Source of the DNA: Nitrospirota bacterium
GTDB lineage: Bacteria > Nitrospirota > UBA9217
Assembly: GCA_963751455.1 (NCBI GenBank)
Contig: CAVVUN010000015.1
Coordinates: forward strand, 992,001 to 1,056,000
DNA: 64,000 nt
Direction of reading: 5' to 3'
In this document: positions 44,730-55,735 of the stretch, piece by piece
Layout of the letters: every line of letters begins with the position of its first letter
Numbering within the stretch: the first letter of the stretch is position 1
Notes under the pieces: generated by a model
Databases searched by the model: none
What the model was told of the DNA's origin: nothing
Seen by the model: only the letters and a program-made list of their open reading frames with translations
Program-made: the position numbers and the translations under genes

Positions 44730-44993
44730 GTGGAACTCTCCGAACTGACGATATCGCCGAAAATCGCGGCGAGCCTCCCGCCGCGAAAAGTGGTAAGACG
44801 GCTCGAAGTGATTCCCGTTGAGAAAAGGGACGACGTTCTCGTAGTCGCTTCTGCCGAGCCCCAGAGGCCGGGCCTCATCACGGAACTCTCCCGGGCTGCG
44901 CAGATAAAAGTAGAACTGGCCGTAGCTTATGAAGTATATATCGCAGAAACAAGCGCACGTTACTTTGCGGAAAACAAGGAATCCCGGGTTTGA
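44730..44993 (+). CDS. Standalone GspE/PilB N-terminal-like domain protein or remnant
   Basis: VIPVEKRDDVLVVASAEP...VELAVA resembles the T2SSE_N domain; no clear RBS. Confidence 0.45.
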   Translation: MELSELTISPKIAASLPPRKVVRRLEVIPVEKRDDVLVVASAEPQRPGLITELSRAAQIKVELAVAYEVYIAETSARYFAENKESRV

Positions 44994-47900
44994 TCTCTGA
45001 CATCGGTGCCGAATAACCTGAAAAAAACATCCACTACACCCGGATCAAAATCCTTTTCCGTTCGGTCCTTCAGGTACTGCAGTATTTTCTCTCTGGGCCA
45101 GGCGGGCCGATACGGGCGGTCTGACCCCAAGGCATCCCATACATCGACCACGGAAAATATTCGCGCTGCAAGAGGAATTTGATCGCCTTTGAGCCCCTCA
45201 GGATAGCCTGTCCCATCCCATTTCTCATGATGGTAAGAGGGGACATCGAGCGCCGGCTGCAAAAAAGCGATTGGAGAGAGCAGATCATGTGCGAATACGG
45301 GGTGTTTCCGCATGATTACCCATTCTTCCTCCGAAAGTTTTCCCGGTTTCAGAAGTATATTGTCCGGTATTCCCATCTTCCCGATGTCATGCAGGAGCGC
45401 GCCTCTTCGAACATGAACAAGATCTTCTTCGCTCATCCCCATGGCGCGCGCTACTGTTACGGTCATATCAGTGACTCTCCGAGAATGACCTTCCGTCTCC
45501 TTATCGCGCAAATCGAGCGCTCTTGACCAGCCTTCGATAGTGGCGTCGTATGCCAGGACCAGTTCGTCATTTGCAACCTGGAGATCATTGAACAGGGAGG
45601 CATTGTCTATGGCGATAGCGGCCTGCCCCGCGAGTGCTTCAAAAAAAGCAGTCCACGCGGGATCGGGAACGAGCGGAGAGCGGCTGAAGACTTCCAGAAC
45701 GCCCTTCACCCGTCCCTTTATAACAAGGGGCGCGACATGATGCGACACAAAGGCCTCACCACGCAGCGTTCGGACGTGTTCGCACATATTGTTGCCGATG
45801 ACATTATCAGGGACGCTTATTATCCTGCGCTCAAGCGCGGCGCGGCCCGCGCAGCCCTCGCCCAGCCTGGTCCTTGTTTGCTCGATTCCCCGGGTCCGGA
45901 AGCCGTGACCGGCTGCATAGGTGAGCGTTTTCGTATCGGGATTCATCAGGAGGACCGCGGCGGCGTCCGCTCCAAGCTCCGTTGTAACATGTCCAAGCAA
46001 TACTTTGAGGGTTACTCGCAGGTCGAGGCTGGAACTGATGGCTACATCGATATCGTGCAGGGCCGAAAGATGCTGCATTTGCTGCAAAGCCTTCTCATGC
46101 AGGGTCGTCCTGTGTATCGCGATCGCGGCTATTTCCCCGATAGCCGTAAGTAACTGCACTTCCTCTTTTTTTATCGTTTTTTTGCATGCCACCATAAGCC
46201 CGCCTATGGTCTGTTTTTCCGCGACGAGCGGAACGCAGACCGCGGCGTTCAGGCCTTTGATCGGATCCGGTTGGATCAAGCGCGGATCGTTCAAAAAGTC
46301 GCTGCTCGCATACGTCCGGCTGGTTGCAATAACATGCCCGATAACGCCCTCTTTGGGTGGGAGTCGACGGCCGGTCAGGTTCTGCAGGTCGCCCCAACCC
46401 AATTCAACGACAGTTTCTCCCGTGGTTTGTTCGAGCATCCCGATCGACGCCGCCTCGATATCCAGCAAGTCGACCGTATGGAAAAGAATAATCGGAAACT
46501 GCTCTGCCCGGGTAGAGGTTGACCTCAGGGCTATGCTGAGCCGTGAAATCGCTTCCAACTGGCGTTCCCGCTGTTTGCGGTCGGTGATATTGTCGAACAC
46601 CGCTATAAAATGTTCTTTTTGCGTGCTGTAGGCGGAGATAGACAGCCAGGCCTCCAGGGGCTCTAAATACATTTCAAACTTCTCCGTCTTGCCGGTCATT
46701 GACACCCTGCCATAAATCTCAAAAAGCTCCGGATGGGCCTCTCGTATGCCCGGTATCAGCTCGGTCACTCTTTTCCCGGCGACGTTCCTGAGCCCGGTCA
46801 TTTTTTCGAATGCGTTGTTGACTTCCAGATAGATGAAGTCCCGCGGCCTGCCCTCTTCATAGACCATTTTACAGTACGCAAAGCCCTCAAGTATGTTCTC
46901 GAACAGCGAGCGATAGCGCTGTCCGCTTTCCTGCAGTTCGGTGATGTCGTCGATAATGCCGAGACCGAACTTCTCCCCGCCCGGACCCTGAATTTCAGCG
47001 GCTGTGACGCGTGCCCAAACTATTTCGCCGTTTTTCTTCATGAACCGCTTTTCCATCTGGAAGCGGGCGAACTCGCCTTTGAAAAAACGCTGTGTTTTAT
47101 CGATGCTTCTTCTTCTATCGTCGGGATGGGTGATAGTTTCAAGGCTCATTCCGACCAGTTCTTCTTCGGCGTACTCCAAAAGATCGCAGATTGCCCTGTT
47201 TACTTTGAGGAATGTGTAGTCCTGACCGACGATTACCATGCCGATGGAATCATTCTCAAAGATCTGCCGGAATCTCTCTTCGCTTGCGCGCAATATCTGC
47301 TCGTTTTCAATACGGACCGCCATTTCCCGTTCCAGTTCTTGCTTTGCCTGTACGATCTGCCCGTTGAATTTTCTTGTCTGGGCCGCCCGGTTCACCATCA
47401 GGAAGATATAAAGGTTGATGAAACCGGTGATAACCAGGCCTCCTCCCATCATTTGCAACGGATGCCATGTTCTTCCTGCAGCCAGGTATTGCGGGGTTGG
47501 AATGGACACGAATGTCCATTTTTTACCTGCCACTTCGATTGTTTTGCCGTATTTAATACTTTTCTGAAGGAATCCCCTGTCTTCGACTTCTCGCGAAGAG
47601 GCGTGCAGCGACGGGGGGTACACGTACAAAAGAGGGCTGTCCTGGGCAGTGTCGTCATAAACGCGGATTTCGATATCTTGTAGTCGAAGATGCGATACAT
47701 ATTTCTCTATGATATTGCCGATCTGAAAAACCCCTACGACGAAGCCCGTGAGACGCGCCCGGCGCGCCTGGATCGAACCCGGCACTGGTCCTTTTCCGTA
47801 GAGGGGATGAAGCGCCAGGTACCCGGACCGGGATGTTCTCTCCTCAAGGATCATTATCCTCGCAGTGACAACTACCGTTCCGGAATCTCGAGCCTGCTGT

Positions 47901-48499
47901 AATGTCGCACGACGAACAGGTTCCGAGGCCAGGTCGAAACCAAGCGCCATCTTATTTGTTGAAAAGGGCTCCACGAAATAAGCCGGGAAATATTCGCGGC
48001 GCCTTCCGGTCCTGATCATCGCGCCCCCTGACTCCATTTCCGTGAACTGAAATCCGGGAAATCCGTCTCCTTGCGCGGCCCTCTCATATGCGTCCCTGGA
48101 AGAATCAGGCACGCGCGGGATCCATCCAAGCGCTTGAATACCCGGATTGCGCGCCAGGAACGGTTGAATGAAATCGTGAAATTCTTTTCGGGTAATCACA
48201 TCGGCGTGGACGTAAAATGCGCTGAGCGATTCGAGTTGCTGCAGGCTTTCTTCAATGCCTCTTCGCAAACTGTCAATACCGTCGTCCGACAGCTTGTTAA
48301 ATTCTATCTGGAGCCGGTCCCGGTCCTGTCTTTCGCCAACAATGAAAAGTCCGACGGAGATGGCGATGCCGGCAAAAGCCAGGAACATCAAGAAGATATA
48401 ATGAGGTAAAAAAATGTTGTGCAAAAAATTACTATTTTTCAATAGGTTGCTCAATATCATGTGAAATTTAGCCTTTCCTATGAACAAAGTATTACACAT
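44960..48499 (-). CDS. CHASE-PAS-PAS-GAF-GAF-HD-GYP phosphodiesterase (start uncertain)
   Basis: CHASE ALGFDLASE..RR; PAS THPDD; LHDIGKMG; HHEKWDGTGYP. Confidence 0.9.
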   Translation of the reverse strand: MCNTLFIGKAKFHMILSNLLKNSNFLHNIFLPHYIFLMFLAFAGIAISVGLFIVGERQDRDRLQIEFNKLSDDGIDSLRRGIEESLQQLESLSAFYVHADVITRKEFHDFIQPFLARNPGIQALGWIPRVPDSSRDAYERAAQGDGFPGFQFTEMESGGAMIRTGRRREYFPAYFVEPFSTNKMALGFDLASEPVRRATLQQARDSGTVVVTARIMILEERTSRSGYLALHPLYGKGPVPGSIQARRARLTGFVVGVFQIGNIIEKYVSHLRLQDIEIRVYDDTAQDSPLLYVYPPSLHASSREVEDRGFLQKSIKYGKTIEVAGKKWTFVSIPTPQYLAAGRTWHPLQMMGGGLVITGFINLYIFLMVNRAAQTRKFNGQIVQAKQELEREMAVRIENEQILRASEERFRQIFENDSIGMVIVGQDYTFLKVNRAICDLLEYAEEELVGMSLETITHPDDRRRSIDKTQRFFKGEFARFQMEKRFMKKNGEIVWARVTAAEIQGPGGEKFGLGIIDDITELQESGQRYRSLFENILEGFAYCKMVYEEGRPRDFIYLEVNNAFEKMTGLRNVAGKRVTELIPGIREAHPELFEIYGRVSMTGKTEKFEMYLEPLEAWLSISAYSTQKEHFIAVFDNITDRKQRERQLEAISRLSIALRSTSTRAEQFPIILFHTVDLLDIEAASIGMLEQTTGETVVELGWGDLQNLTGRRLPPKEGVIGHVIATSRTYASSDFLNDPRLIQPDPIKGLNAAVCVPLVAEKQTIGGLMVACKKTIKKEEVQLLTAIGEIAAIAIHRTTLHEKALQQMQHLSALHDIDVAISSSLDLRVTLKVLLGHVTTELGADAAAVLLMNPDTKTLTYAAGHGFRTRGIEQTRTRLGEGCAGRAALERRIISVPDNVIGNNMCEHVRTLRGEAFVSHHVAPLVIKGRVKGVLEVFSRSPLVPDPAWTAFFEALAGQAAIAIDNASLFNDLQVANDELVLAYDATIEGWSRALDLRDKETEGHSRRVTDMTVTVARAMGMSEEDLVHVRRGALLHDIGKMGIPDNILLKPGKLSEEEWVIMRKHPVFAHDLLSPIAFLQPALDVPSYHHEKWDGTGYPEGLKGDQIPLAARIFSVVDVWDALGSDRPYRPAWPREKILQYLKDRTEKDFDPGVVDVFFRLFGTDVRDQTRDSLFSAK

Positions 48500-48680
48500 A
48501 TAGTAACATTATAACCGTTTTTCCTGAAATTTCAAAAATTATTTGGAAATATATCTGGCCGGAAAAAATGCCGGAGGGAGCCGCGCAAATTATGATTCGC
48601 GGAACGGATAAACGCAATAGCGCGAAACTCGACCGGGCAGGAAGTGTTCAGGATTGGCTTGACATCACTTTAAATCAATC

Positions 48681-48708
48681 TTGACAAAAAAATGCATGTC
48701 TATATAAT
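48681..48708 (+). promoter_or_regulatory. sigma70 promoter upstream of the MBL-fold hydrolase
   Basis: TTGACA-16 bp-TATAAT. Confidence 0.65.
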
Positions 48709-48819
48709 CGAGCTATTCCGTCGTGATTGCTCATTCCCCGCACAACGCGAATCGCGCGATTACATCAGGAAACCTGAAATTCGGATTTACGAGAACATCA
48801 ATAAACCGGAGGCTGCTGA

Positions 48820-49659
48820 ATGAAAATCACGTGCTGGGGAGCCAGAGGATCAATCGCTGTGTCCGGAAAGGAGTATGCAAAGTACGGCGGTGATACGACC
48901 TGCATGGAGATCAGGAGCAAAGCCGGGGATATTATCATCGTAGATGCTGGAACCGGGATCAGAAAGCTGGGGAACAAGCTGCTCACAACCGGAGAATCAA
49001 GTTTCAACATCCTCTTCACTCATGCCCATTGGGACCACCTTATGGGTTTTCCCTTCTTCAAGCCGATCTACAGCAAGAAAACGACCATCAAGATGTACGG
49101 GTGCGCCTATACGCAGCAGTCCATCGAGAAGGTGCTTTCAAAATCCATGATGGCTCCTTACTTTCCGGTGGATTTCAGCCAGATCCAGGCCGCAATCGTA
49201 CCTCGTACCGTATGCGAAGAGCCGTTTACGATCGGCCCGGTGCTGGTTACCCCCATTCAAATGAGCCATCCCAACCAGGGAATCGGATATAAGTTCACAG
49301 AGGACAACAAAACCTTCGTTTTCCTGACCGACAACGAGCTGACTGTGCGCCATGACGGGGCAGGTGAGTACCGCGACTATCTCGAATTCGCGGCGAACGC
49401 CGATGTCCTGATCCACGACTCCGAATACACCGCCGAGCAATACAAAATAACAAAGGGCTGGGGGCATTCCGTATATACGGACGCCCTGCGCCTTGCGATT
49501 GAAGCAGGAGTCAAGCAGTTCGGTCTGTTCCATCACAACCAGGACAGGACCGACGATGAGCTGGATCGGATAGTGGACGATTGCCGCGGCATTGCGGATA
49601 GACAGAACGCCAAGGTTGAGTGCTACGGGGTTGAAGCGGGAATGGAGATACAACTTTAG
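48820..49659 (+). CDS. Metallo-beta-lactamase-fold hydrolase (possible cyclic-nucleotide phosphodiesterase)
   Basis: WGARGS, DAGTG, THAHWDH, TDNE, WGHS, FHH. Confidence 0.85.
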   Translation: MKITCWGARGSIAVSGKEYAKYGGDTTCMEIRSKAGDIIIVDAGTGIRKLGNKLLTTGESSFNILFTHAHWDHLMGFPFFKPIYSKKTTIKMYGCAYTQQSIEKVLSKSMMAPYFPVDFSQIQAAIVPRTVCEEPFTIGPVLVTPIQMSHPNQGIGYKFTEDNKTFVFLTDNELTVRHDGAGEYRDYLEFAANADVLIHDSEYTAEQYKITKGWGHSVYTDALRLAIEAGVKQFGLFHHNQDRTDDELDRIVDDCRGIADRQNAKVECYGVEAGMEIQL

Positions 49660-49749
49660 ATGTTCCGCTGAAGCAAGCGCAAGTTAGGCCCCCCCGGAAT
49701 CCGGTTAATGTACCCGCCGCGTATCTACTCAGGTCCGATTTTAAACCTT

Positions 49750-49831
49750 TGTAGGGCAACCCTTTAGGGTTGCGCCCAACATGCGAACTGGCGCGGACCG
49801 CATGAATGCAAGGCTAAAGCCTTGCCCTACA
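49750..49831. repeat. REP doublet bounded by TGTAG...CTACA
   Basis: Hairpins GCAACCCTTTAGGGTTGC and GCAAGGCTAAAGCCTTGC; reverse-complement copy at 59757-59826. Confidence 0.85.
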
Positions 49832-49882
49832 TTAAACTACCTTAGTTACCCCGCCGCCGAGATAATCAATGAGAGGCTTTCC

Positions 49883-50623
49883 ATGAAAAAAATTCTGGTT
49901 TCTCGTACTATCCATTCAATGCTAAGGCAAGAGAAGACGTTTTTAAATCGGGCAGACGTGAAAGTGTTCGTTGCGGCAACGAACGACGAAGCGTTGAAAA
50001 TTCATCACACGGAGAGGGCGGACCTGATAATAACGCACCTCGACACACCCGGCATGGCCAGCGAGCATTTTTGCAGCCTCATAAGGGAGCAGGCCGGACT
50101 TCGCCAGGTATCGATGATCATAGTCTGTGTGAATACCGCGGCGGCTATTAAGGCGAGTTCTCGATGCAAGGCGAATGCTGTTCTGCTTGAACCGGTGCAC
50201 CCTGTCCTGCTTGTTGCCAAGGCCCAGCAGCTGCTTTATATTTCGGCACGAGAGACGCTTCGCGTGCTCTTAAGCGCCAATGTGGACGGTCATTCCGATG
50301 ATGGATCGTTTTACTGTCGAACCAGGAATGTCAGCGCTTCCGGAATGCTGATAGAGACTGATAAGCGCTTGAGGGAGGGGGCACGGCTTTCGTGCCAGTT
50401 CTATCTGCCCAATGCAAAAAGAATAGAGGCGTCAGGCAAAATAGTCAGGATTATTGAACAGAATGCCGGAGAGGAAGATTACCAATACGGCCTGATGTTT
50501 ACGGATATAGTCCCCGAGTGCAGACAACTGCTCGCTGATTATATTAAGGACACATTGAAAAAGACGGCGGACGGTACTTTGCAGCGGGAAGGGGAAATGC
50601 ACGGATACGAGGCTGCGAACTAA
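49883..50623 (+). CDS. Degenerate receiver domain plus PilZ domain protein
   Basis: PilZ RETLR (RxxxR) and NVSASG; receiver-like N-terminus lacks the canonical acidic residues. Confidence 0.8.
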   Translation: MKKILVSRTIHSMLRQEKTFLNRADVKVFVAATNDEALKIHHTERADLIITHLDTPGMASEHFCSLIREQAGLRQVSMIIVCVNTAAAIKASSRCKANAVLLEPVHPVLLVAKAQQLLYISARETLRVLLSANVDGHSDDGSFYCRTRNVSASGMLIETDKRLREGARLSCQFYLPNAKRIEASGKIVRIIEQNAGEEDYQYGLMFTDIVPECRQLLADYIKDTLKKTADGTLQREGEMHGYEAAN

Positions 50624-50859
50624 GGATATTGTTTCCCTTTATTGTGATGCTCTTTATCTGCATGTGCTTTTCTATAAAAGTCTCTTTAAGGAACCGGGCA
50701 CTTCAAACTAAAGGTTCAGATATTGTCCTAAAAAAAATACCGGGGACTCTTGAAATTTTCTTTTTTTGAGTTATCCTTCAAATAGGGTTTTTTTGGAAGC
50801 ATGCTTAAGGATCAACAAGTTCGGTTTTCTCGTGTACGACAACAAGAGAGAGGTAACCC

Positions 50860-51129
50860 ATGAGCCTGCTTTGCGCTTTCTGTAATATGCCTTTAGAACT
50901 TATCAATTCCATTGAATCCGAAGTCGGTTCGACTGTGCAGGAAAAAATGGAGTATATGTGCTCAAATCCACGATGCAAGCATGGAAGCAGAATCATCCAT
51001 GAATCGAGCAGGCCGTTGCGTAAGGACGGCTATATTACGTTGTCCGTTCTCCATAAAAAAGATCCGCCGAAAAAATGGTTCTGGAAACTATTTGGGGACA
51101 GGACAAGTCAACCGTCTCTCAGAATATAG
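50860..51129 (+). CDS. Small hypothetical zinc-ribbon-like protein
   Basis: CAFC...CSNPRC; GAGG RBS. Confidence 0.5.
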   Translation: MSLLCAFCNMPLELINSIESEVGSTVQEKMEYMCSNPRCKHGSRIIHESSRPLRKDGYITLSVLHKKDPPKKWFWKLFGDRTSQPSLRI

Positions 51130-51325
51130 CGAACCGCTCTTGACTCCGTCAAATGGTTAGTATGCTGCATATATACATGACGGCATAAGGCATGCCGGAT
51201 CTTAACGTGTAGATGCTCCGCTCATAATTCCTGCCTCTTACCCGCAAAACTGTAAGCCTGGGTATCGTCTGGTTTAGTAATGTTGTTTTAAATTGTAATA
51301 GGGCTCTGCAAAATACCGGACATTT

Positions 51326-52269
51326 ATGAAAACGTTCATTTATCATGACGGTGCACTGGGCGACATTCTCCTCTCATTGCCCAGTTTTCGAGCGCTTCAG
51401 GCGAATCCCATTTTCTGCAAATCGCCGGAAAGGGAGATGCTGTAGCTTTCCTGAAAGAGGCTGGCTTTGTCAATGCAGCCATATCGTCCGATCGCTCCAT
51501 CTTTGCTTCACTCTATTCGGAAGTGGATAGCAGCCTTCGGACATTCCTGAGCGCATTCGATCGTGGTTATGTATTTTCGTCTATGAATGATTCGACCGTT
51601 GCCGGAGCAATTCGCACATGCATACCTGATGTTCGTCAGATCGAAACAATTCCTTCAACAGGATCAAGAATCCATGTTGCCGAGTACAGGTTATCGCAGG
51701 TTGCTCCGGGCCTTGGGCTCAAGGGAGCGTCCTCAACCCTGCGCCTTTCCAAGGAATATGTTGGAAAGGCTGAATGCTTTCTGGAGCAGGCAGGCCTCGG
51801 ACCGGGAAGGAGGGTTCTTGCGATCCATCCCGGAAGCGGCGGCACAGCGAAATGCTGGCCAGTCGACAATTACTTCGCTCTGGTTGAAAACCTTCAATCT
51901 GTATATGATCCGTTTATCCTGATCTTTTCCGGCCCGGCCGAAGATGAAGACATGAAAAAACGTGTCGACTCTTTTGCGCGTTCTCACAACCGCGTGTTGC
52001 ATGCCGCTGATTTCAAACTGATCACCGCCGCGGCCCTGCTCTCCCTGTGTGACCTCTATATCGGCAATGATTCAGGTTTCTCTCATCTTGCTGCAGCAGC
52101 CTGCGCGACACTTATTCTTTTCGGAGCGACCGAGTCATTGCTGTGGAAGCCTGTCGGCAGGGATGTGCACGTAATTTCGCCGGGTAGTCCCGGCAGTGTA
52201 GAGCATATTTCGCTCGGAGTGGTGTTCGAGAAAGCAAGATCGCTTCTAAGCGGCAAATTAATTCCTTAA
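51326..52269 (+). CDS. GT9 (heptosyltransferase-family) glycosyltransferase, frameshifted near the 5' end
   Basis: MKTFIYHDGALGDILL at 51326; HPGSG..KCWP and YIGNDSGFSHLAAA in ORF 51523-52269. Confidence 0.78.
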
Positions 52270-52327
52270 AAAAGATGTGCTATACTTGAATAAGTCTTTT
52301 GACTCAGCCGGAAAGGAGGTGAATGAC

Positions 52328-52687
52328 GTGGCTTATTTTAAAATAGTAACAGTAATAGCTATCCTCATCCTTGTCTCTTCGGCTGTAATGGCAAGGCACC
52401 ATCTTCCGGAAGAGCGCGGCAAGACGCTGTTCAACGACAAGAGTCTCGGCACCAACGGCAACACATGTGGAACTTGCCATCCTGACGGCCAGGGATTGGA
52501 AGCTGTAGCAGGCAAGAAAGAATGGAAGACCCCTGCCGGATCGTTCAAAACCCTGGAAGAGGCCATCAACATCTGCATCACCATGGCGCTTAAAGGCAAG
52601 GCCCTGGACGTGAAATCCGATCAGATGAAAAACCTCGTCGCCTATATAAACTCGCTGGGCAAAACCGCCAAGGCAGCCAAAATATAA
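52328..52687 (+). CDS. Periplasmic monoheme cytochrome c
   Basis: Signal peptide, CGTCH, distal INIC; GTG start after AAGGAGGT. Confidence 0.85.
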   Translation: MAYFKIVTVIAILILVSSAVMARHHLPEERGKTLFNDKSLGTNGNTCGTCHPDGQGLEAVAGKKEWKTPAGSFKTLEEAINICITMALKGKALDVKSDQMKNLVAYINSLGKTAKAAKI

Positions 52688-52907
52688 GCGGCCGTGGGCT
52701 GCTGATCCTCCCCTCAATCATTAGCGCACTAATCTACTCTCATTTGTCCCTCTCCTAAAGAGGAGAGGGACCTTCCATTCTAATACTTTGCCTTCTCATC
52801 TTTTTGTTTGAAAAAAGGCGGTCACGGGTGTATATATACATACTTTGTGTCGGCTTAATAAAGTATTACGTCACTGTCGTTAACATAGCGGTCAATATAT
52901 ACGCAAC

Positions 52908-53834
52908 GTGTCTCATACATTAACTTTAATACTCATATTTCTGCTAGCAGGCGCTTTTTACTCCTTTGCCGGCAATCATGAAGTGATGCCCGCAAGGGAA
53001 CCGATAGTCCTCGATGCCCAGGAATTCTGCGCAGACACCTGGTCTTGCCGCAGCAATGACTCGCTCAAAGCAACATGGCAGGCTGTCGAACGCGGAGTAC
53101 GGCCTCTTCGAATAGTTTCCTATAATGTGCATAAATGCACAGGCAACGATTTCAAGCGAGACCCCGATCGCATAGCGGACGTGATCCGTTCTCTCGATGC
53201 TGACATTGTTTCTCTGCAGGAAGTCCTGTCGGATACGGGTGATGTACCGTCCGCGCAGGTGCGTTCTATTGCGGAAAAGACCGGGATGTACATGGCTGTC
53301 GCCGGGCAGACAAAGGTCAAGAAGGACGGCAGGTACGGCAATGCTTTGTTGAGCCGTTTTCCGATCACCGAAGTCCGGCTTCACGATATAAGCGTCGGGA
53401 CATATGAACCGCGCGGCATAATCGACGCCGATATAATGATTGGTGACAAAACGGTTCGCGTGCTGGCGACGCATTTCGGATTGTGGCCTTCAGAGCGGAA
53501 CCGCCAGGCCGACCGGCTGCTCGAGATACTGCCGCAGAGGCCTGCCTCTCCGCTCATCGTTATGGGTGATATGAACGGCTGGATGCCCGGCAGCCCGGTG
53601 CTGAGGCGTCTGAAGAAGCGCTTGGGTGAGCCGGTCACAAGACGCTCTTTCCCCTCCATATTGCCGGTCCTTCCCCTCGATAAAATATGGGTCCTGCCTT
53701 CGGAAGGCCTGAAAGAAGCCGGGCCGTACACATCCGCTTTAACACGAGTTGCCTCAGACCACATTCCTGTAGTGGCCACGGTTTATCTTACCACACCTGC
53801 CACAGCGGAAAGTTCCGTAGCCGCGTCTCTCTAA
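52908..53834 (+). CDS. Endonuclease/exonuclease/phosphatase family protein with signal peptide
   Basis: SYNV, LQEV, YGNALLSR, GDMN, SDH. Confidence 0.85.
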   Translation: MSHTLTLILIFLLAGAFYSFAGNHEVMPAREPIVLDAQEFCADTWSCRSNDSLKATWQAVERGVRPLRIVSYNVHKCTGNDFKRDPDRIADVIRSLDADIVSLQEVLSDTGDVPSAQVRSIAEKTGMYMAVAGQTKVKKDGRYGNALLSRFPITEVRLHDISVGTYEPRGIIDADIMIGDKTVRVLATHFGLWPSERNRQADRLLEILPQRPASPLIVMGDMNGWMPGSPVLRRLKKRLGEPVTRRSFPSILPVLPLDKIWVLPSEGLKEAGPYTSALTRVASDHIPVVATVYLTTPATAESSVAASL

Positions 53835-53890
53835 ATCTGCCAGGCATTATGCGCCGTTATCTTGTTCAGTGAAACAGCGGCGCCCACGGT

Positions 53891-54415
53891 TTATCTCCTT
53901 CTCAGCACTTCCAGGAGCTTTTCTCCGAACTTCGCGGCCGCTTCAGGTCCGCTTCCTGTTACGATAATACCATCACACTCTACGCCGCCGCCTGTAAAGA
54001 CCGCACCTTTCAACGTGAGTGCAGATTCGGATGAGGGAAACGACGTTGCTTTTTTCCGGTCAAGGAGCCCCGCATTCGCGAGAATTTCGGGGGCAATACA
54101 GATAGCTGATGTGAGCTTGCCCCGGCCATAAAAGCTCTGTGCGAGTTTGTGAGCGACAGGACTGTCAAAATATTCCTTTGATCCGCCCCCGCCCACAAAC
54201 ACAATGCCGTCATAGTCATTCTCCCGGGCATCGCCGATCAGGATGTCCGGTTTGACCTCAAGGCCGAGTTTTCCCCTCGCTGTCTTGAGAGTGGAGCAGG
54301 CAACGGTCACCTGTGCTCCTGCATCTTCGAGCGCCTTTCGCGGCACCGCGTATTCCTCGTCCCTGAAATTGGCTGACGCTATAACCATCAGAACTTTCTT
54401 TCCTGTAAGTTCCAT
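53891..54415 (-). CDS. DJ-1/PfpI family protein
   Basis: FRDEE, FVGGGG, AICIAP, KKAT; start at MELTG after AAAGGAG. Confidence 0.88.
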   Translation of the reverse strand: MELTGKKVLMVIASANFRDEEYAVPRKALEDAGAQVTVACSTLKTARGKLGLEVKPDILIGDARENDYDGIVFVGGGGSKEYFDSPVAHKLAQSFYGRGKLTSAICIAPEILANAGLLDRKKATSFPSSESALTLKGAVFTGGGVECDGIIVTGSGPEAAAKFGEKLLEVLRRR

Positions 54416-54650
54416 ACGCACACTCCTTTCACGAGAAAATGTTCTTCTCCGCATCTCCTCCCCCTCGAGGGGGGATGAATTCAAAAGTGAGGTTGATTAT
54501 CCGAAATTACGCCGATTACAGTAGCAGATACGATGATCGAAATCAAGCAAACAGATGAGCCGCCTGTATAGTTTCCCATCACCTGCCGTACCGTTACTCA
54601 ATCGAATCTTCATCCATCATCAAAAAACCGAGTAAAAGCGTACTTTTTAA

Positions 54651-55544
<894 letters not shown>

Positions 55545-55547
55545 TGA

Positions 55548-55614
55548 ATTGCGGATTGCACCCTGCACTCGCGTTATGCACTCGTGAACACTGGGTGCAG
55601 GCGGAGTGCGGAAT
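55548..55614. repeat. Element A (55559-55601) within an ATTGCGG heptamer tract
   Basis: CACCCTGCACTCGCG...GGGTGCAGG flanked by attgcggattg and cggagtgcggaat. Confidence 0.8.
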
Positions 55615-55735
55615 AAAACATTAAGTAAGGTTGCTTTTCTTCGCGTCCTTCGTTTATGCTCGCGTTTTGGCAACAGCAGGGTACGCCTTAGCGGTTCAAG
55701 GCTTTATATTCGGTTTATGAAAGTCAGGAGAACGT

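Noticed and set aside
54490-54650. NifA upstream activator site (TGT-N10-ACA)
   Set aside because: No exact match was found by eye upstream of the sigma54 promoter
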